Source of the DNA: Leucoraja ocellata
Taxonomy: Eukaryota
Length of the DNA: 64,000 bases
Direction of reading: 5' to 3'
Assembly (NCBI GenBank): GCA_036785375.1
Contig: JAWMAR010000007.1
Coordinates: 11,036,001 to 11,100,000 of the forward strand
A program made the translations under genes and the position numbers. Below are positions 1 through 15,200 of this stretch, one piece after another (the first letter of the stretch is position 1; each line of letters opens with the position of its first letter). The notes under the pieces were generated by a model. The model did no database searches. It was given only the letters and a program-made list of their open reading frames with translations, and was not told the origin of the DNA.

Positions 1-176
1 GTCAAAATTGACTTCTCCATTTGAAGCTGTATGACAATTCTTGCAAAGTCTCTTGCGCCCGTTTACACTCTATGATAAATGTACAATTCAGAAAACTACA
101 GAAAACTGCTGGAGTCTCGGTTCTACTCGTCCAGTGGATAGACTTACGGCATTTGAAAGCTCAACGAGAGAAGAGA

Positions 177-225
177 ATGCTGTTCATTTTGCTTTGTGCC
201 TTTGCACTGCCTGTCACCGCTAATC
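177..225 (+). CDS. Signal-peptide exon ([16 protein letters not shown])
   Basis: ATG at 177, hydrophobic leader, consensus donor C|GTAAGT at 225/226, phase 1 matching the downstream Ig exons. Confidence 0.7.
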
Positions 226-3200
226 GTAAGTATCCTTTAATAAGGAACAGAAGTTGCTTTTCTGGCTGTTTCACTGTGAGTGAAATGATTAACTGTATGA
301 GATAGACATGTGTGTCCGTGGAAACAGAGCAGGATCAGTCTTTTGATGCTGTACTTAAGGTGACAGGCAGTCTTCCAGAAAGGGAATATGTATGTGTGTG
401 AAGACCTTTTTTTTTTTTTTTTTTTTTTATTATTAGAAGTACGGTAAATTACAATTCTACACAACACATATATCTTGATACATTTTTTGTACCGCTTCAT
501 TTTTTTTTTTTTTTTTGAGCTTTAAGAAAAAGGTAGAAGTAAGGAAAGTAAAGAAAGTGCAAGAGAGTCGTGCAGTGCAAGAGTGTAAGGAAAAGAAAGC
601 CCCTTAGGAAAGAAGTTAGAGAAGGAAGTAAAGTGAGAAAATAGACCCTAGAAAAGAGAGAAAGAGAAAGTAGAAACAATCGCTCTGTTATAACATTAAA
701 CTCCGCAGAAAGGGGACTACCAACCAAGTCTGTTTTTGTTATTTTACCTCCCGTTACCAGGTCCTGATTCCGCTTATTTATATATTTGTTTTTTTTTAGA
801 TTACTATTGCACCTCATACTTGTAATAGGTCCAGAAACATAGACCACGTCTTTTGGAATTGGTCTGCTTTACCTGCTAGGAGGAATCTCATCTCTTCCAG
901 ATGTAATGTTTCAAACATATTTGATATCCACATTTTTATTGTTGGTGTCGGCGCATTTTTCCAGAATTTAAGTATAAGCTTTTTTCCCATTATTAGCCCG
1001 TAATTAAATAAATTCTTCTGAAACACGTGTAATTCAGGGTTACCTTCCGATATTCCGAAGATAATCCATTCTGGTTTTGGTACCAGTTTTATTTTGATCA
1101 ATTTTGAAAAAATATCAAATATTTCATACCAGAATTTTTGGATTTTTGTACAAAAAACAAAAGAGTGCGCTATGGTAGCTTCTTGACATAGGCATTTATC
1201 ACAGATTGGTGAAACATTAGGGAAGATTTTATTTAATTTAGTTTTTGAATAATATAATCTATGTTATGTTTTAAATTGGATGAGCGTATGTCGTACGTTG
1301 ATCGAACATTTATGCACCTGTAGTAAATGATTATCCCAGGTCTCTTTTGAGATTTTTATAGCTAATTCTTGTTCCCAATCTTTTCTAATTCCATCTGTTG
1401 TGGGTATTTCTATGTTTAAAATGATATTATATAGGTACGATATTAAATTAGCTGATTCCGCCTTGGTCTTCATTGCTTCATCCAATAAGTCGGAAGACAT
1501 ATTATGATAGTCTTTTGTGTGTTTTTTCAGATAATCACAAATTTGAAGATATTTAAAATATTGGTTATTTTTCAAATTATATTTCAGTTGTAGTTGTTGA
1601 AATGATAGTAAATTCCCCAATTCATACAGATCTTCGAGCGTTTTAATTCCCATTCTTTCCCATTGTATAAATGATTTGTCTATGATTGATGGTTTAAACG
1701 ATGGATTATTGACTATTGGTATTAAAAGAGATAGGTTTCTTAATTTTAAAGTCTGTTTTATTTGTTTCCATGTTCTTATTGTGTTATGTATAATTGGATT
1801 TTTATTATAATTTTTATTATTCAAATTTGTTGGTGAGAGGATAGTCGCTCCTATATTACTCGGGGAGCAGTCCCCTTTTTCCATTACCATCCAGTCCGCC
1901 TGTAGTGCAGAATTGTCCAGCAGGTGAATCATATTTTTAATATTTACTGCCCAGTTATAATACATAAAATTAGGGAGCGCTAGACCCCCCAGCTCTTTTC
2001 GTTTATTAAGGTGTGCTATTTGTATTCTATGGGATTTATAATCCCATATAAAATTTGTAATGTCTGAGTCCAATTTTTTGAAAAACATTTTTGGGAGGTA
2101 TATAGGTATTGATTGAAATAGGTATAGAATTTGTGGTAAGAAAACCATTTTAATAGCATTTATTCTGCCTATTAAGGACATCGGAAGTGTTTTCCAGAAT
2201 TTAATCAGATTATTCAATTTCTTGAGTAAAGGATTATAATTGGCTTTAAACATATCCTGGTAATTTCTAGTAATTTCAATTCCCAAATATTTGAATTTTT
2301 CTGTGGCTATTTTAAAGGGAAATTTCCGAAGTTGTGTTGAGTCTTTTGGTTTTATCGACATAATTTCACTTTTGTTCCAATTTATTCTATATCCTGAAAA
2401 GGATCCAAAGTCCTCAATTAAGTTTAATATGTTTGGTATACTAATTTGTGGTTTTGTGATGTACAGTAGTACATCATCGGCATATAGGGATATTTTATTC
2501 TTTGAGTATTTTGTATTATAACCATAAATATCCGGATGTGTTCTTATTTTTTCAGCAAGGGGTTCAATTACCAAAGCAAATAACAGCGGTGATAATGAGC
2601 ATCCTTGTCTATTGCCCCTTGATAGTTCAAATTTCGAGGATAAAATATTATTAGTTAATATTCTAGCCGTAGGTTTGTTATATAATAGTTTTATCCATGC
2701 GATAAAGTTTTCTCCCAATTGGAATTTTTGCAATACTTTAATCATATAATCCCATTCTACTTGATCAAACGCTTTTTCTGCGTCCAGTGAGATAATAGAT
2801 AACTCTTGGTCGTGAGGTTTATGTGAGTGCATTATGTTAAGCAAACGTCTCAAATTATTAAATGAATGTCTCTTAGGTATAAATCCTGTTTGATCTCCAT
2901 TTATTAATCTACTAACATACCTGCTTAATCTACTGGCTAGTGTTTTCGCTATTATTTTTTGATCCGTATTTAACAAAGCAATAGCTCTATATGAGCCTGG
3001 TTCTTCTATGTTTTTATCTTTTTTAAGTATTAATGTGATCGTTGATTCTGCTAATGTTTCGGGTAAGCTTTGCTCTTTAAAAGCGTGTGTATACATTTTC
3101 TGTAATCGTGGGGTAACTATATCATAAAAGGCTTTATAGAATTCACTACTGAATCCGTCTGGTCCTGGTGTTTTACCATTCTTTAGTGTTTTTATTGTGT

Positions 3201-6200
3201 CTTCTATCTCCTTGGAAGTAATTATTGCTCCCAGTTCCTCTTGTTCCCTCAATTCTAATTTTGGAAGGTTACAATCTTCCAGAAATTCTGAAATTTTATT
3301 ATTATCTATTGACGTTTTAGATGTATATAGATTTTCGTAGAATTGAGCAAATCTTTTATTGATATCCTTGGGTAGTGTTAATAATTCCCCACTATCTGAT
3401 TTAATCTTTAGTATTGCATTCTCTTTTTCCCGTTTTTTCAACTGGCGTGCTAAGAGTTTGTGGGGTTTGTCCCCGAATTCAAAGTGTTCTTGTTTTGTAA
3501 CTTGGAATAATGTTATAACTTTCTCTGACAATAATTTATTCAGCTTGAATTTCAATAATAGGATTTTATTATGTTTATCCATAGTTGGATCTTTAGCATT
3601 ATCTGTATCTAATTGTTTTATTTGTTCTTCTAAATGTCTTTGTTCTTTCTTATTCTTTTTATTTTGGTAAGCTTGAAATGAAATAATGACTCCTCTAATA
3701 AATGCTTTAAAGGATTCCCATAATAGCGTGGGGGATATATCTGGTGTATCATTTATCTCAAAGAATAAGTCCATCTGTTTTTTTAGATATATACTCCCTT
3801 GTGGGTCTTTTAAAAGTTGCGAATTAAACCTCCAGAACGATTTATTCATAGACATTCCTTCTAATTTTAAAACAAAGGTTAAAGGAGAGTGATCTGAAAT
3901 CGCATTAATGTGGTATTTAGGATTCATAGTGTGTGTAATTAATTTTGTATCCACAAGAAAATAATCTATCCGTGAATATGTTTTATGCACCGTTGAATAG
4001 AACGAGTAGTCCCTTCCCGTCGGATTTGCAATCCTCCATACATCTGCTATATTTGTGTTTTCCATATATGTATGTAAGAGTTCACTGGTTTTAGATTTCA
4101 TATTACCTTTTTGTTTTTGCATCGATTTATCTAAATAAGGGTCTAAAACACAGTTGAAGTCTCCTTCGATTATAACATTTTGATAATTAGATTCGGCAAT
4201 TTTATTCAGAATTTTATTAAAAAATTGAGGGTTATCAAAATTGGGCGCATATATATTTACCAGCGTAATTGGCATATTATTGATCTCTCCTGCTACTATA
4301 AGATATCTCCCTTCCTTATCTGAAATAGTATTCTTTGATTTAAATGGAATTCCTTTACGGATAATAATTGCAGTGCCTCTAGATTTTGAAGTGAATGAAG
4401 AGTGAAATGTTTGGCCTATCCAGTTAGCCCTCAATCTCGTCTGATCTTGATGTTTAAGATGAGTTTCCTGTTGGAACGAAATGTCCGTGTTGTATGCTTT
4501 CAACTGAGCTAGTATCTTGCCCCTTTTAATAGGTTCATTAATACCCCTTATATTCCAACTACATAGTGTGACTCCTCCCATTTTCCTTTGATTGTCGTCA
4601 TACATTTTTACCAATTTTAATGACCGTACTTATTATGGTGCATCCATACCTCAGGACTCTGGTTATTTTGGAAGCATTTATATTATAGACTTTCTTGGTA
4701 GTTCCCCTCTGCGATTGTCCTTGAAAAAAAAACACATAAATGTGACATATTGTGGTAATAAAAAAAAAAAGTATATAAAATAAATGTACGGTGTCTGGAT
4801 TTCCGACACCGTAGTGAGTGGCCCACTCGTCTGTGGGATATGACATCAATATTGCTTCCGGCGTAGCTGTTATGAGGTTAGCCCCGCTGAATTTATTGCT
4901 CATAACCTAGGGGGTAGGTACCGTTTCCAAATCAGTTCTATTTCACCCCATTACAGTATATATGTATATATGTTTCATTCCGACTTATCAAATCTAATCA
5001 ATTATTCAGTTACACATATTCCTCTCTCTTTATCTCTTAACTATTTGTAATTGGTTTTAGTATTGTTAAAAGTGAGCTGTTCGTTGAAAGGGTTAACCAG
5101 AGTCAGGCTCCTGGAATTAAGCCAGGTGTCTGAGTTTCTTCCCCTCCCCACTCGAGCTGCGGAACCTGTGAGATTACAATGTTATCTACGTTATAACACA
5201 TATTTATCAATAACAGTTTATGTATTATGTATTAGTATTGTTAGTAATTAATTAGTAATAGTTCTCTATATTTTGTAACAGTCTGTGAAAATATGTAGGC
5301 CATGTGATGTTTTTCACTCTCTCTTAGCTTCGGCAGATCTGCATTCTTCTGTTATCCTGGCTTAAACATCGCATGTCCTTGAATTAAATTCGAGAGAAGA
5401 TTATAATGTCTAGACAAGTCTCATGGAAAATCTGTTGCAAATAGCCATTTTTAAATCTTGATGTTATTCACTTTTTACATTTTCTACTAATATTCTTGTT
5501 GGGGGAATAAGCACATTAATTAGTTCATGACGTCTGGTGATCAATCTTCTTCTGCTGCTGCCTTAGCAACGATTTCTTGTGCGTATTTAAGAGATTCTAC
5601 CGGATTAGTGAATGTTTTTGAGATTCCCTTAAAAGTGATACGCATCCTAGCTGGATAAAACACTCCAGATATGACGCCCTTGACACCGTAGAGAGCTTCT
5701 CTGGTCTGTGAGAACTTTCTTCTCTTTAGCACAATCTCATAAGGGTAGTCCCGTAGAAGTTTAATAGAATCATTTCCATATATCATCTTCTCTCCGTATT
5801 TAATTTTTTTCAACAGCGCTTCCACTGTTGGGATATCCCGAAGTTTGACTATAATCTGTCGTGGGTAGGCTTGTTCTCCTTGGAATCTTGGTTTAAATCT
5901 AGGTAGTCGATGTGCTTCTTCAATTACTGGTGCTTCAGGTAAATTGAGTACATGTTTAATTAAATTGGCAGTGTACTCACGAGCGTTTTCCCCCTCAGCT
6001 CCCTCTTTCACTCCACGTATTCGTATATTTTGATGTCTTGAGCGAGCTTCTAGTTCAACACATTTATCAGATACTTTTGTAAATTGGCTCTTAAGGCTGT
6101 GTCATTCTGATTTCATTGCCTCCATTTCTCCAGCCATCTCTTCCACAACAGCTTCCAAATCTTTCACTGCATTTACATTTGCGGAAATAGTTTCATGCAC

Positions 6201-9200
6201 AGCCTCAAACATCTTTGTGGACTCTTCTGCCACCTTAGTAATTTTCCCCGTTAGCTCTTCTTGCACATCATCAACTTTTTTTTGCAGAGCGCCAATGCCC
6301 GCGAGTATTTTTTCATTACCAGCATTAATGGATTGTATGTTTTCCATCAAGTTTAAATTTCCAGCTTTCACATCCTCTTTCAAATCTCTTACCGAGTTCC
6401 TTAATTCCTCCATTTCAGTTTTCTCTTTTGTGATCGACTCAGTCTTAGATCGTGTAGTCATTCCAGAATCCACTCCAGAGGTTAGTGTTGCAGTTTCTTG
6501 GTGTTCCTTAGTCTTCAGAAGTTGTTTTGACACTTTCCTCTGAGGACTCTGACCTGTAGCTGTATTTTTCATTTAAAATCGGTTTCCCTCCGTTAAATCC
6601 ACGGCGCTTACTGATGACGTCATCAGCACCGCGACATGAAACTCCGGTAAGCCTTTAAGATCGGTCCCGACCTCCAGACCCGATTTTAACGCGAAAAATC
6701 GCGATTTTTTCAGCGGAGCTAAAAGGTTTGCAACTGCTAGCAAAGCATGCCGCCACCGGAAGTCGAAGACCTTTAATACAAACATTTTACAATACAGTAA
6801 ATGATCAGTTTGAGATTATAAGGCTGGAGTCAGAGCAGCTGGAGAGATTGTGTTTAGTTGTCGACCCCACACTTCTGGATGAAGATATTAGCCCTTGAGA
6901 GGGGGTGAAGGGCGTTGTGTCCTTGGCATAGTTTAAAAGTGAAGATGATGAGAAATATCTTCACTGAGAGTAATGCACCTATAAACATAGAAACATAGAA
7001 ACATAGAAACATAGAAATTAGGTGCAGGAGTAGGCCATTCGGCCCTTCGAGCCTGCACCGCCATTCACTATGATCATGGCTGATCATCCAACTCAGTATC
7101 CCGTACCTGCCTTCTCTCCATACCCTCTGATCCCCTTGGCCACAAGGGCCACATCTAACTCCCTCTTAAATATAGCCAATGAACTGGCCTCAACTCCCCT
7201 CTGTGGCAGAGAGTTCCAGAGATTCACCACTCTCTGTGTGAAAAAAGTTCTCCTCATCTCGGTTTTAAAGGATTTCCCCCTTATCCTTAAGCTGTGACCC
7301 CTTGTCCTGGACTGCCCCAACATTGGGAACAATCTTCCTGCATCTAGCCTGTCCAACCCCTTAAGAATTTTGTAAGTTTCTATAAGATCCCCTCTCAATC
7401 TCCTAAATTCTAGAGAGTATAAACCAAGTCTATCCAGTCTTTCTTCATAAGACAGTCCTGACATCCCAGGAATCAGTCTGGTGAACCTTCTCTGCACTCC
7501 CTCTATGGCAATAATGTCCTTCCTCAGATTTGGAGACCAAAACTGCACGCAGTACTCCAGGTGTGGTCTCACCAAGACCCTGTACAACTACAGTAGAACC
7601 TCCCTGCTCCTATACTCAAATCCTCTTGCTATGAAAGCCAACATACCATTCGCTTTCTTTACTGCCTGCTGCACCTGCATGCCTACCTTCAATGACTGGT
7701 GTACCATGACACCCAGGTCTCGCTGCATCTCCCCCTTTCCCAATCGGCCACCATTTAGATAATAGTCTGCTTTCCCGTTTTTGCCACCAAAATGGATAAC
7801 CTCACATTTATCCACATTATACTGCATCTGCCAAACATTTGCCCACTCACCCAGCCTATCCAAGTCACCTTGCAGTCTCCTAGCATCCTCCTCACACCTA
7901 ACACTGCCCCCCAGCTTAGTGTCATCCGCAAACTTGGAGATATTGCCTTCAATTCCCTCATCCAGATCATTAATATATATTGTAAATAGCTGGGGTCCCA
8001 GTACTGAGCCTTGCGGTACCCCACTAGTCACTGCCTGCCATTGTGAAAAGGACCCGTTTACTCCTACTCTTTGCTTCCTGTTTGCCAGTCAGTTCTCTAT
8101 CCACATCAATACTGAACCCCCAATGCCGTGTGCTTTAAGTTTGTATACTAATCTCTTATGTGGGACCTTGTCGAAAGCCTTCTGGAAGTCCAGATACACC
8201 ACATCCACTGGTTCTCCCCTATCCACGCTACTAGTTACATCCTCGAAAAATTCTATAAGATTCGTCAGACATGATTTACCTTTCGTAAATCCATGCTGAC
8301 TTTGTCCAATGATTTCACCACTTTCCAAATGTGCTGCTATCCCATCTTTAATAACTGACTCTAGCAGTTTCCCCACTACCGATGTTAGACTAACTGGTCT
8401 GTAATTCCCCGTTTTCTCTCTCCCTCCCTTCTTAAAAAGTGGGGTTACGTTTGCTACCCACCAATCCTCTGGAACTACTCCAGAATCTAAAGAGTTTTGA
8501 AAGATTATTACTAATGCATCCACTATTTCTGGAGCTACTTCCTTAAGTACTCTGGGATGCAGCCTATCTGGCCCTGGGGATTTATCGGCCTTTAATCAAT
8601 TCAATTTACCCAACACCACTTCCCAACTAACCTGGATTTCACTCAATTCTTCCACCTCCTTTGACCCAGGGGCACCTGCTATTTCCGGCAGATCATTTAT
8701 GTCTTCCTTAGTGAAGACGGAACCAAAGTAGTTATTCAATTGGTCCGCCATATCCTGGTTCCCCATGATCAACTCACCTGTTTCTGACTGCAAGGGACCT
8801 ACATTTGTTTTAACTAATCTCTTTCTTTTCACATATCTATAAAAACGTTTGCAGTTAGTTTTTATGTTCCCTGCCAGTTTTCTTTCATAATCCATTTTTC
8901 CTTTCCTAATTAAGCCCTTCGTCCTCCTCTGCTGGTCTCTGAATTTCTTCCAGTCCTCCGGTATGCTGCTTTTTCTGGCTAGTTTGTACGCATCATCCTT
9001 TGCTTTGATACCATCCCTGATTTCCCTTGTTATCCATGGATGCATTACCTTCCCTGATTTATTCTTTTGCCAAACTGGGATGAACAATTTTTGTAGTTCA
9101 TCCATGCAGTCTTTAAATGCCTTCCATTGCATATCCACCGTCAACCCTTTTAGAATTAATTGCCAGTCAATCTTGGCCAATTCACTTCTCATACCCTCAA

Positions 9201-12200
9201 AGTTACCTTTCTTTAAGTTCAAAACCATTGATTCTGAATTAACAATGTCACTCTCCATCCTAATGAAGAACTCAACCATATTATGGTCACTCTTGCCCAA
9301 GGGGCCACGCACAACAAGACTACTAACTAACCCTTCCTCATTACTCAATACCCAGTCTAAAATAGCCAGCTCTCTGTTGATTTAGATAACGATCCCGCAT
9401 ACATTCCAAGAACTCCTCTTCCTCAGCACCCCTGCCAATTTGATTCACCTAATCTATATGTAGATTGAAGTCACCCATTATAACTGCTTTGCCTTTGTCG
9501 CAAGCATTTCTAATTTCCTGCTTGATACCATCTCCAACTTCACTACTACTGTTAGGTAGTTAGGCTGTACACAACACCCACCAGCGTTTTCTGCCCCTTA
9601 TTGTTTCGCAGCTCTACCCATACCGATTCCACATCCTCCAAACTAATGTCCTTCCTTTCCATTGCGTTAATCTCCTCTCTAACCAGCAACACTACCCCAC
9701 CTCCTTTTCCTTTCTCTCTATCCCTCCTGAATATTGAATATCCCTGGATGTTCAGCTCCCAGCCTTGGTCACCCTGGAGCCATGTCTCCGTGATCCCAAC
9801 TATATCATAATCATTAATGGCTATCTGCACGTTCAACTCATCCACCTTATTACGAATACTCCTTGCATTGAGACACAAAGCCTTCAGGCTTGTTTTTACA
9901 ACGCTCTTACCCCTTATACAATTATGTTGAAAAGTGGCCCTTTTTGATTTTTGCCCTGGTTTTGTCTGCCTGCCACTTTTACTTTTCACCTTGCTACCTA
10001 TTGCTTCTACCTTCATTTTACACCCCCCTGCCCCTCTGCTCTTGTACCCATCCCCCTGCCACATTAGTTTAAATCCTCCCCGACAGCACTAGCAAACACT
10101 CCCCCAAGGACATTGGTTCCATTCCAGCCCAGGTGCAGACCGTCCTGTTTGTACTGGTCCCACCTCCCCCAGAACTGGTTCCAATGCCCTAAAAATTTGA
10201 ATCCCTCCCCCTTGCATGATTTTTCAAGCCACGTATTCATCTGCAATATCCTCCTATTTCTGCTCTGACTGGCCCGTGGTACTGGTAGTAATCCAGAGAT
10301 TATTACCTTTGAGGTCCTACTTTTAAGCTTATCTCCTAGCTCCCTAATTTCATCCTGTAGGACCTCATCCCTTTTTTTACCTATATCGTTGGAGCCAATA
10401 TGCACCACGACAACTGGCTGTTCACCCTCCCCCTCCAGAATGTTCTGCAGCCGTTCAGTGACATCCCTGACCCTTGCACCAGGGAGGCAACATACCATCC
10501 TGGAGTCTCTTTTGCGGCCGCAGAAATGCCTATCTATTCCCCTGACAATTGAATCCCCTATTACTATGGCTCTTCCACTCTTTTTCCCCCCCTCATGTGC
10601 CGCAGAGCCACCCATGGTGCCATGAACTTGGCTGCTGCTGCCTTCCCCTGATGAGCAATCTCCCTCAACAGTTTCCAAAATGGTATACCTGTTTAGGAGG
10701 GAGATGACCGCAGGGGACTCCTGCACTACCTGCCTACTGCTTTGCTGACTATTGGCCACCCGTTCCCTTTCTGTCCTCTTACCTTTTACCTGCGGTGTGA
10801 CCAACTCACTGTACGTGCTGTCCACGACTTTCTCAGCGTCGTGGATGCTCCAGTATGAATCCAACCGCAGCTCCAATCGTTCAATGCGGTCTGCCAGGAG
10901 CTGCAGCTGTACACACTTCCTGCGACATATCCTACTCCCAATTTAACTATATTAAATATTATAGAATTATCAAATTGAAAGTAGTTCAAGCCAAGCCACC
11001 TCTTGTCTTCAGCAAGGAGCTGAATATATTCCCAGGCTAAAGAAATCAAGGGGAATGGGGACAAAGTTCAATTCTGTATTGATTAGCAATTAAGAGCCAT
11101 AATCATATTGACTGTTGACCAGGCTTGAACAGCCGAATGGCTTCCTGTGTTGCTCTGAATGTCTTTGCGCTCATTGTTGATTCTGATCCTAATCAAATTG
11201 GTTTTGGTTTATTATTGTCACATGTACTGAGGTACAGTGAACACCTGCACCTGGGATAATACCTTTCTCAAAATAACATCTCATATGCGAAGAATGAATC
11301 CCCAATCTTCCAATATACCTTGTTGTGGCCACAAACATTTTTATTAAACAACACTTCCTCTGTAGGTGCAATGCTATATTCTTTACTCTATTTGTTTTCT
11401 CTAATGCACTAAGTGATGTAATCAAGAATGGTACGATTTAGCCGGATAACACACAAAATAATTTTTCGCCTATCTCAGTATACATGAAAATAATAAACCA
11501 ATACTAATTTTCCTCAATCAGTATTACCAGCCCATCTAAAATGTCCCTTCCCTCTCCATTATCAACACCTTGTAGCCAGAACCATTAAATGTCTGGTCCT
11601 GCCCCAACTCTGCATCATTTTTCCATATAGATATTTCTACCTATCAATAACCAGGCTCACTCACATATTTACTATTTTCGTACTATCTGCCACTCCCAAT
11701 CTTGGTGCACCTTATTTCTCTTTTCTCTTGCCACATGCTAGCAATAGATACTGATCCATTACTTTGTCTGTTCGGCTCAAACTCTTCACCGTGCACCAAT
11801 AAATCTCCCTACTACGACACTGTCCCAGTGTGGCTGAGGTGCAACCCATTGATCCTGGAGAGATCTTTCCTGCTGCAGAACTGGTCCAATGCCCCTAGAA
11901 TTTAGAGCAGAAATGAGAAAGTCACGAAAATTAGTGCAGTAATTAAAATGTCCTGAGCATTGGAGCAGTAACCAGAATTCTTGTGGATTAGCACAGCAAC
12001 TAGAATATCACAAGAATTGAGCAGTAATTCAGCTCAAAAATCAATCCATGGCTCCCCAGCCCCAGTTTCTACCACTGACCGAAAAACACTGAGGGCAACT
12101 TAGAGTAGTCTGTTAATTAACGATGCACATCAATTTGAGAAGGGGAAGGTTAAAGTGTCAGTGATGCAGTTGAACAAAGGGGACTATGAAGGCATGAGAG

Positions 12201-15200
12201 AGGAGCAGGCCAAGGTAGACTGGAAAGGGATCCTAACAGAAATGACGATGTAACAGGAATGGCAGGAATTTCTGGGCATAATCCGGAAGATGCAGGATCA
12301 TTTCATTCCAAAAAGGAAGAAAGATTCTAAGTAGGAGGCAACCGTGGGTGACAAGAGAAGTTAGGGATAGAATAAAACTAAACAAAAAGATGTATAACAC
12401 AGCAAAGCATAGTCGGAAGCCAGAGGATTGGGAAACTTTCATAGGACAACAGATAGAAACAAAACGGGCAATACGGGCTGAAAAGATGAAGTATGAGGGG
12501 CAGCTGGCCAGGAATATAAGGAAGGACAGTAAAAGCTTCTTTAGATATGTTATGGGAAAAACAGTAGCAAAGTCAAATGTGGGTCCCTTGAATGCAGACA
12601 CGGGTAAAATTATAATGGGGACAAGGAAATGGCAGAAAAGTTGAATAGGTACTTCGGATCTGTCTTCACTAAGGAAGACACAAACAATCTCCCAGATGTA
12701 CTGGAGGACAGAGGATCTAAGGGGGTAAAGGAACTGAAAGAACATTTTATTAGGTTAGAAATATTATTGGGTAGGCTAATGGGACTGAAGGATGATAAAT
12801 CCCCTGGGCCTGATGGTCTGCATCCCAGGGTCCTCAGGGAGGTGGCTCTAAAAATAGTGGACGTATTGGTGAACATTTTCCAATGTTCAATAGATTCAGG
12901 ATCAGTTCCTGTGGATTGGAGGATTGCTAATGTTATCCCATTTTTCAAGAAAGGAGCGAGAGAGAAAACGGGGAATCGCAGACCAGTTAGCCTGACTTCA
13001 GTGGTGAGAAAGATGCTGGAGTCAATTATTAAAGAGGTAATAATGGGGCATTTGGATAGCAGTAAAAGGATTAGTCCAAGTCAACATGGATTTATGAAAG
13101 GGAAATCATGCTTGACTAATCTTCTGGAATTTTTTGAGGATGTGACAAGTAAAATGGATGAAGGGGAGCCAGTGGATGCAGTGTGTCTAGACTTTCAGAT
13201 AGCCTTTGATAAGGTCCCGCATGGGACACTGGTTACTAAAATTAGAGCACATTGTATTGGGGGTAGGGTGTTGACATGAATAGAAAATTGATTGGTAAAC
13301 AGGAAGCAAAGAGTAGGAGTGAACGGGTCCTTTTCAGAATGGTAGGCAGTGGCGAGTGGATTGCCGCAAGACTTGGTGTTGGGGCCGCAAATATTTACCA
13401 CATATTAATGATTTGGAAGAGGGAATTAGGAGCTACACTAGCAAGTTTGCAGATGACACAAAGCTGGGTGGCAGTGTGAACTGTGAAGAGGATGTTAGGA
13501 GGTTGCAAAGTGACCAGGACAGGTTGAGCGAGTGGGCAGATGAGTGGCAGATGCAGTGTAATATAGATGAATATGAGGTTATCCACTTTGGCGGCAAAAA
13601 CAAGAGGGTAGATTATTATCTCAATTGGGTTAGGTTATGTAAGGGGGAGGTACAGCAAGACCTGGGTGGCCTTGTACACCAGTCACTGAAAGTTGGCTTA
13701 CAGGTACAGCAGGCAGTGACGAAAGCTAATGGAATGTTAGGCTTCATAACAAGAGGATTTCAGTATAAGAGGTTCTTCTGCAGTTGTATAGGGCCCTGGT
13801 AAGACCACATCTGCAGTGTTATGTACAGTTTTGGTCTCCTAATTTGAGGAAGGACGTTCTTGTGATTGAGGCAGTGCAGCATAGGTTCACGAGATTGATC
13901 CCTGGGATGGTGGGACTGTCATATGAGGATAGATTGAAAAGACTAGGCTGGAGTTTAGAAGGATGAGGGGGTATCTTATTGAAACATATAAAATAAAAGG
14001 ACTGAACAATCTAGATGCAGGAAAATTGTTCCCAATGTTGGGCGAGTCCAGAACCAGGGGCCACAGTCTTAGAATAAAGGGGAGGCCATTTAAGGTCTGA
14101 GGTGAGAAAAAATATTTTCACCCAAAGAGTTGTGAATTTGTGGAATTCCCTGCCACAGAGGGTAGTGGAGGCCAAATTACTGGATGGATTTAAGAGAGAG
14201 TTAGATAGAGCTCCAGGGGCTAGTGGAGTCAAGGGATATGGGTAGAAGGCTGGCACGGGTTATTGATTGGGGACGATCAGCTATGATCACAATGAATGGC
14301 GGTGCTGGCTCGAAGGGCCAAATGGCCTCCTCCTGCACCTATTTTCTATGTCTCTATGTTTCTATCTTTGAGATGTGGGAAACAAACTAAGAAAGAGAAA
14401 CCCATGCAGTTATGGATGGAAAGTGCAAACTGTACACAGCATCTGAGGTCAGGATTAAACTCTGAGTCCCTAGAGTTGTGAGTTAGCAGCTCCACTAGCT
14501 GCTCCACTGTGCCAGCTGTGTACATCCTCGATTAGCGGTCAGGTACTTCCTTGGTGGGATCTTTCTGTGCACTACTTGCCTGTGGCATTCCCAACGCTAC
14601 TTCACCGCCAACACTTCAAACCTGTGAAGCTCTGTGGACCGCCCCCTGTCTGTGAGGGAAGTGATGTAAATGCAAGGTCTCTCCCGGACAGCAGCTTAGA
14701 GCTGTGAGAGATGTGGCTCCAGTGAAGAGCCGACACAGCCCGGAGGAGGGGAACCACTGTTAGTGTCACAGTCCCACCTCCCCATTTCTCACAGCTCACC
14801 ACATAGTGACGGTGACAAACAGCACAGCAGCATCACAGTTCAACTGTCTTCCACAAGGGCAGGGACCCAGGGTGGGCGCATCCTCCGACAGTGACTGTGG
14901 CCCTCAGTTCAGTCTAACGTTACATCTCTGTGTCTTCACAGGCTGCAGTATCAGTGGTTGGACCATGGAGACACCGGACAAGGTGATGGGAAGGAAGGGG
15001 AAGCTCGTGGTTCTGTACTGCAAGTTCACTCACCCTCACCATGAATACAAAGGCAACATCAACATCATCTTGAACGAGGAGAAGGAGATGACCAAGAAGA
15101 CCCTTTTCAAATACAAAAATTATCGATCGAGCGGCAAGTATAAAAATGAGATCGTGAAAAATGTAGGAGCTCGCTACAGACCAATGGGGGACCCTCGGAA

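Larger units (their letters stand above)
410..6764 (-). mobile_element. Full-length L1-clade LINE in intron 1
   Basis: Has ORF1 and ORF2 (APE endonuclease, RT with YADD, C-terminal Cys/His motif). Poly(A) reads as T-runs at 407-428 and 499-516. The 5' end reads GACTTCCGGTGGCGG. 10-bp TSD GAAGACCTTT at 400-409 and 6765-6774, at a TT/AAA site. Confidence 0.95.

Noticed and set aside
2291-3892. Plus-strand ORFs within L1 (and similar antisense ORFs within CR1 copies)
   Set aside because: Antisense shadows of retrotransposon ORFs.
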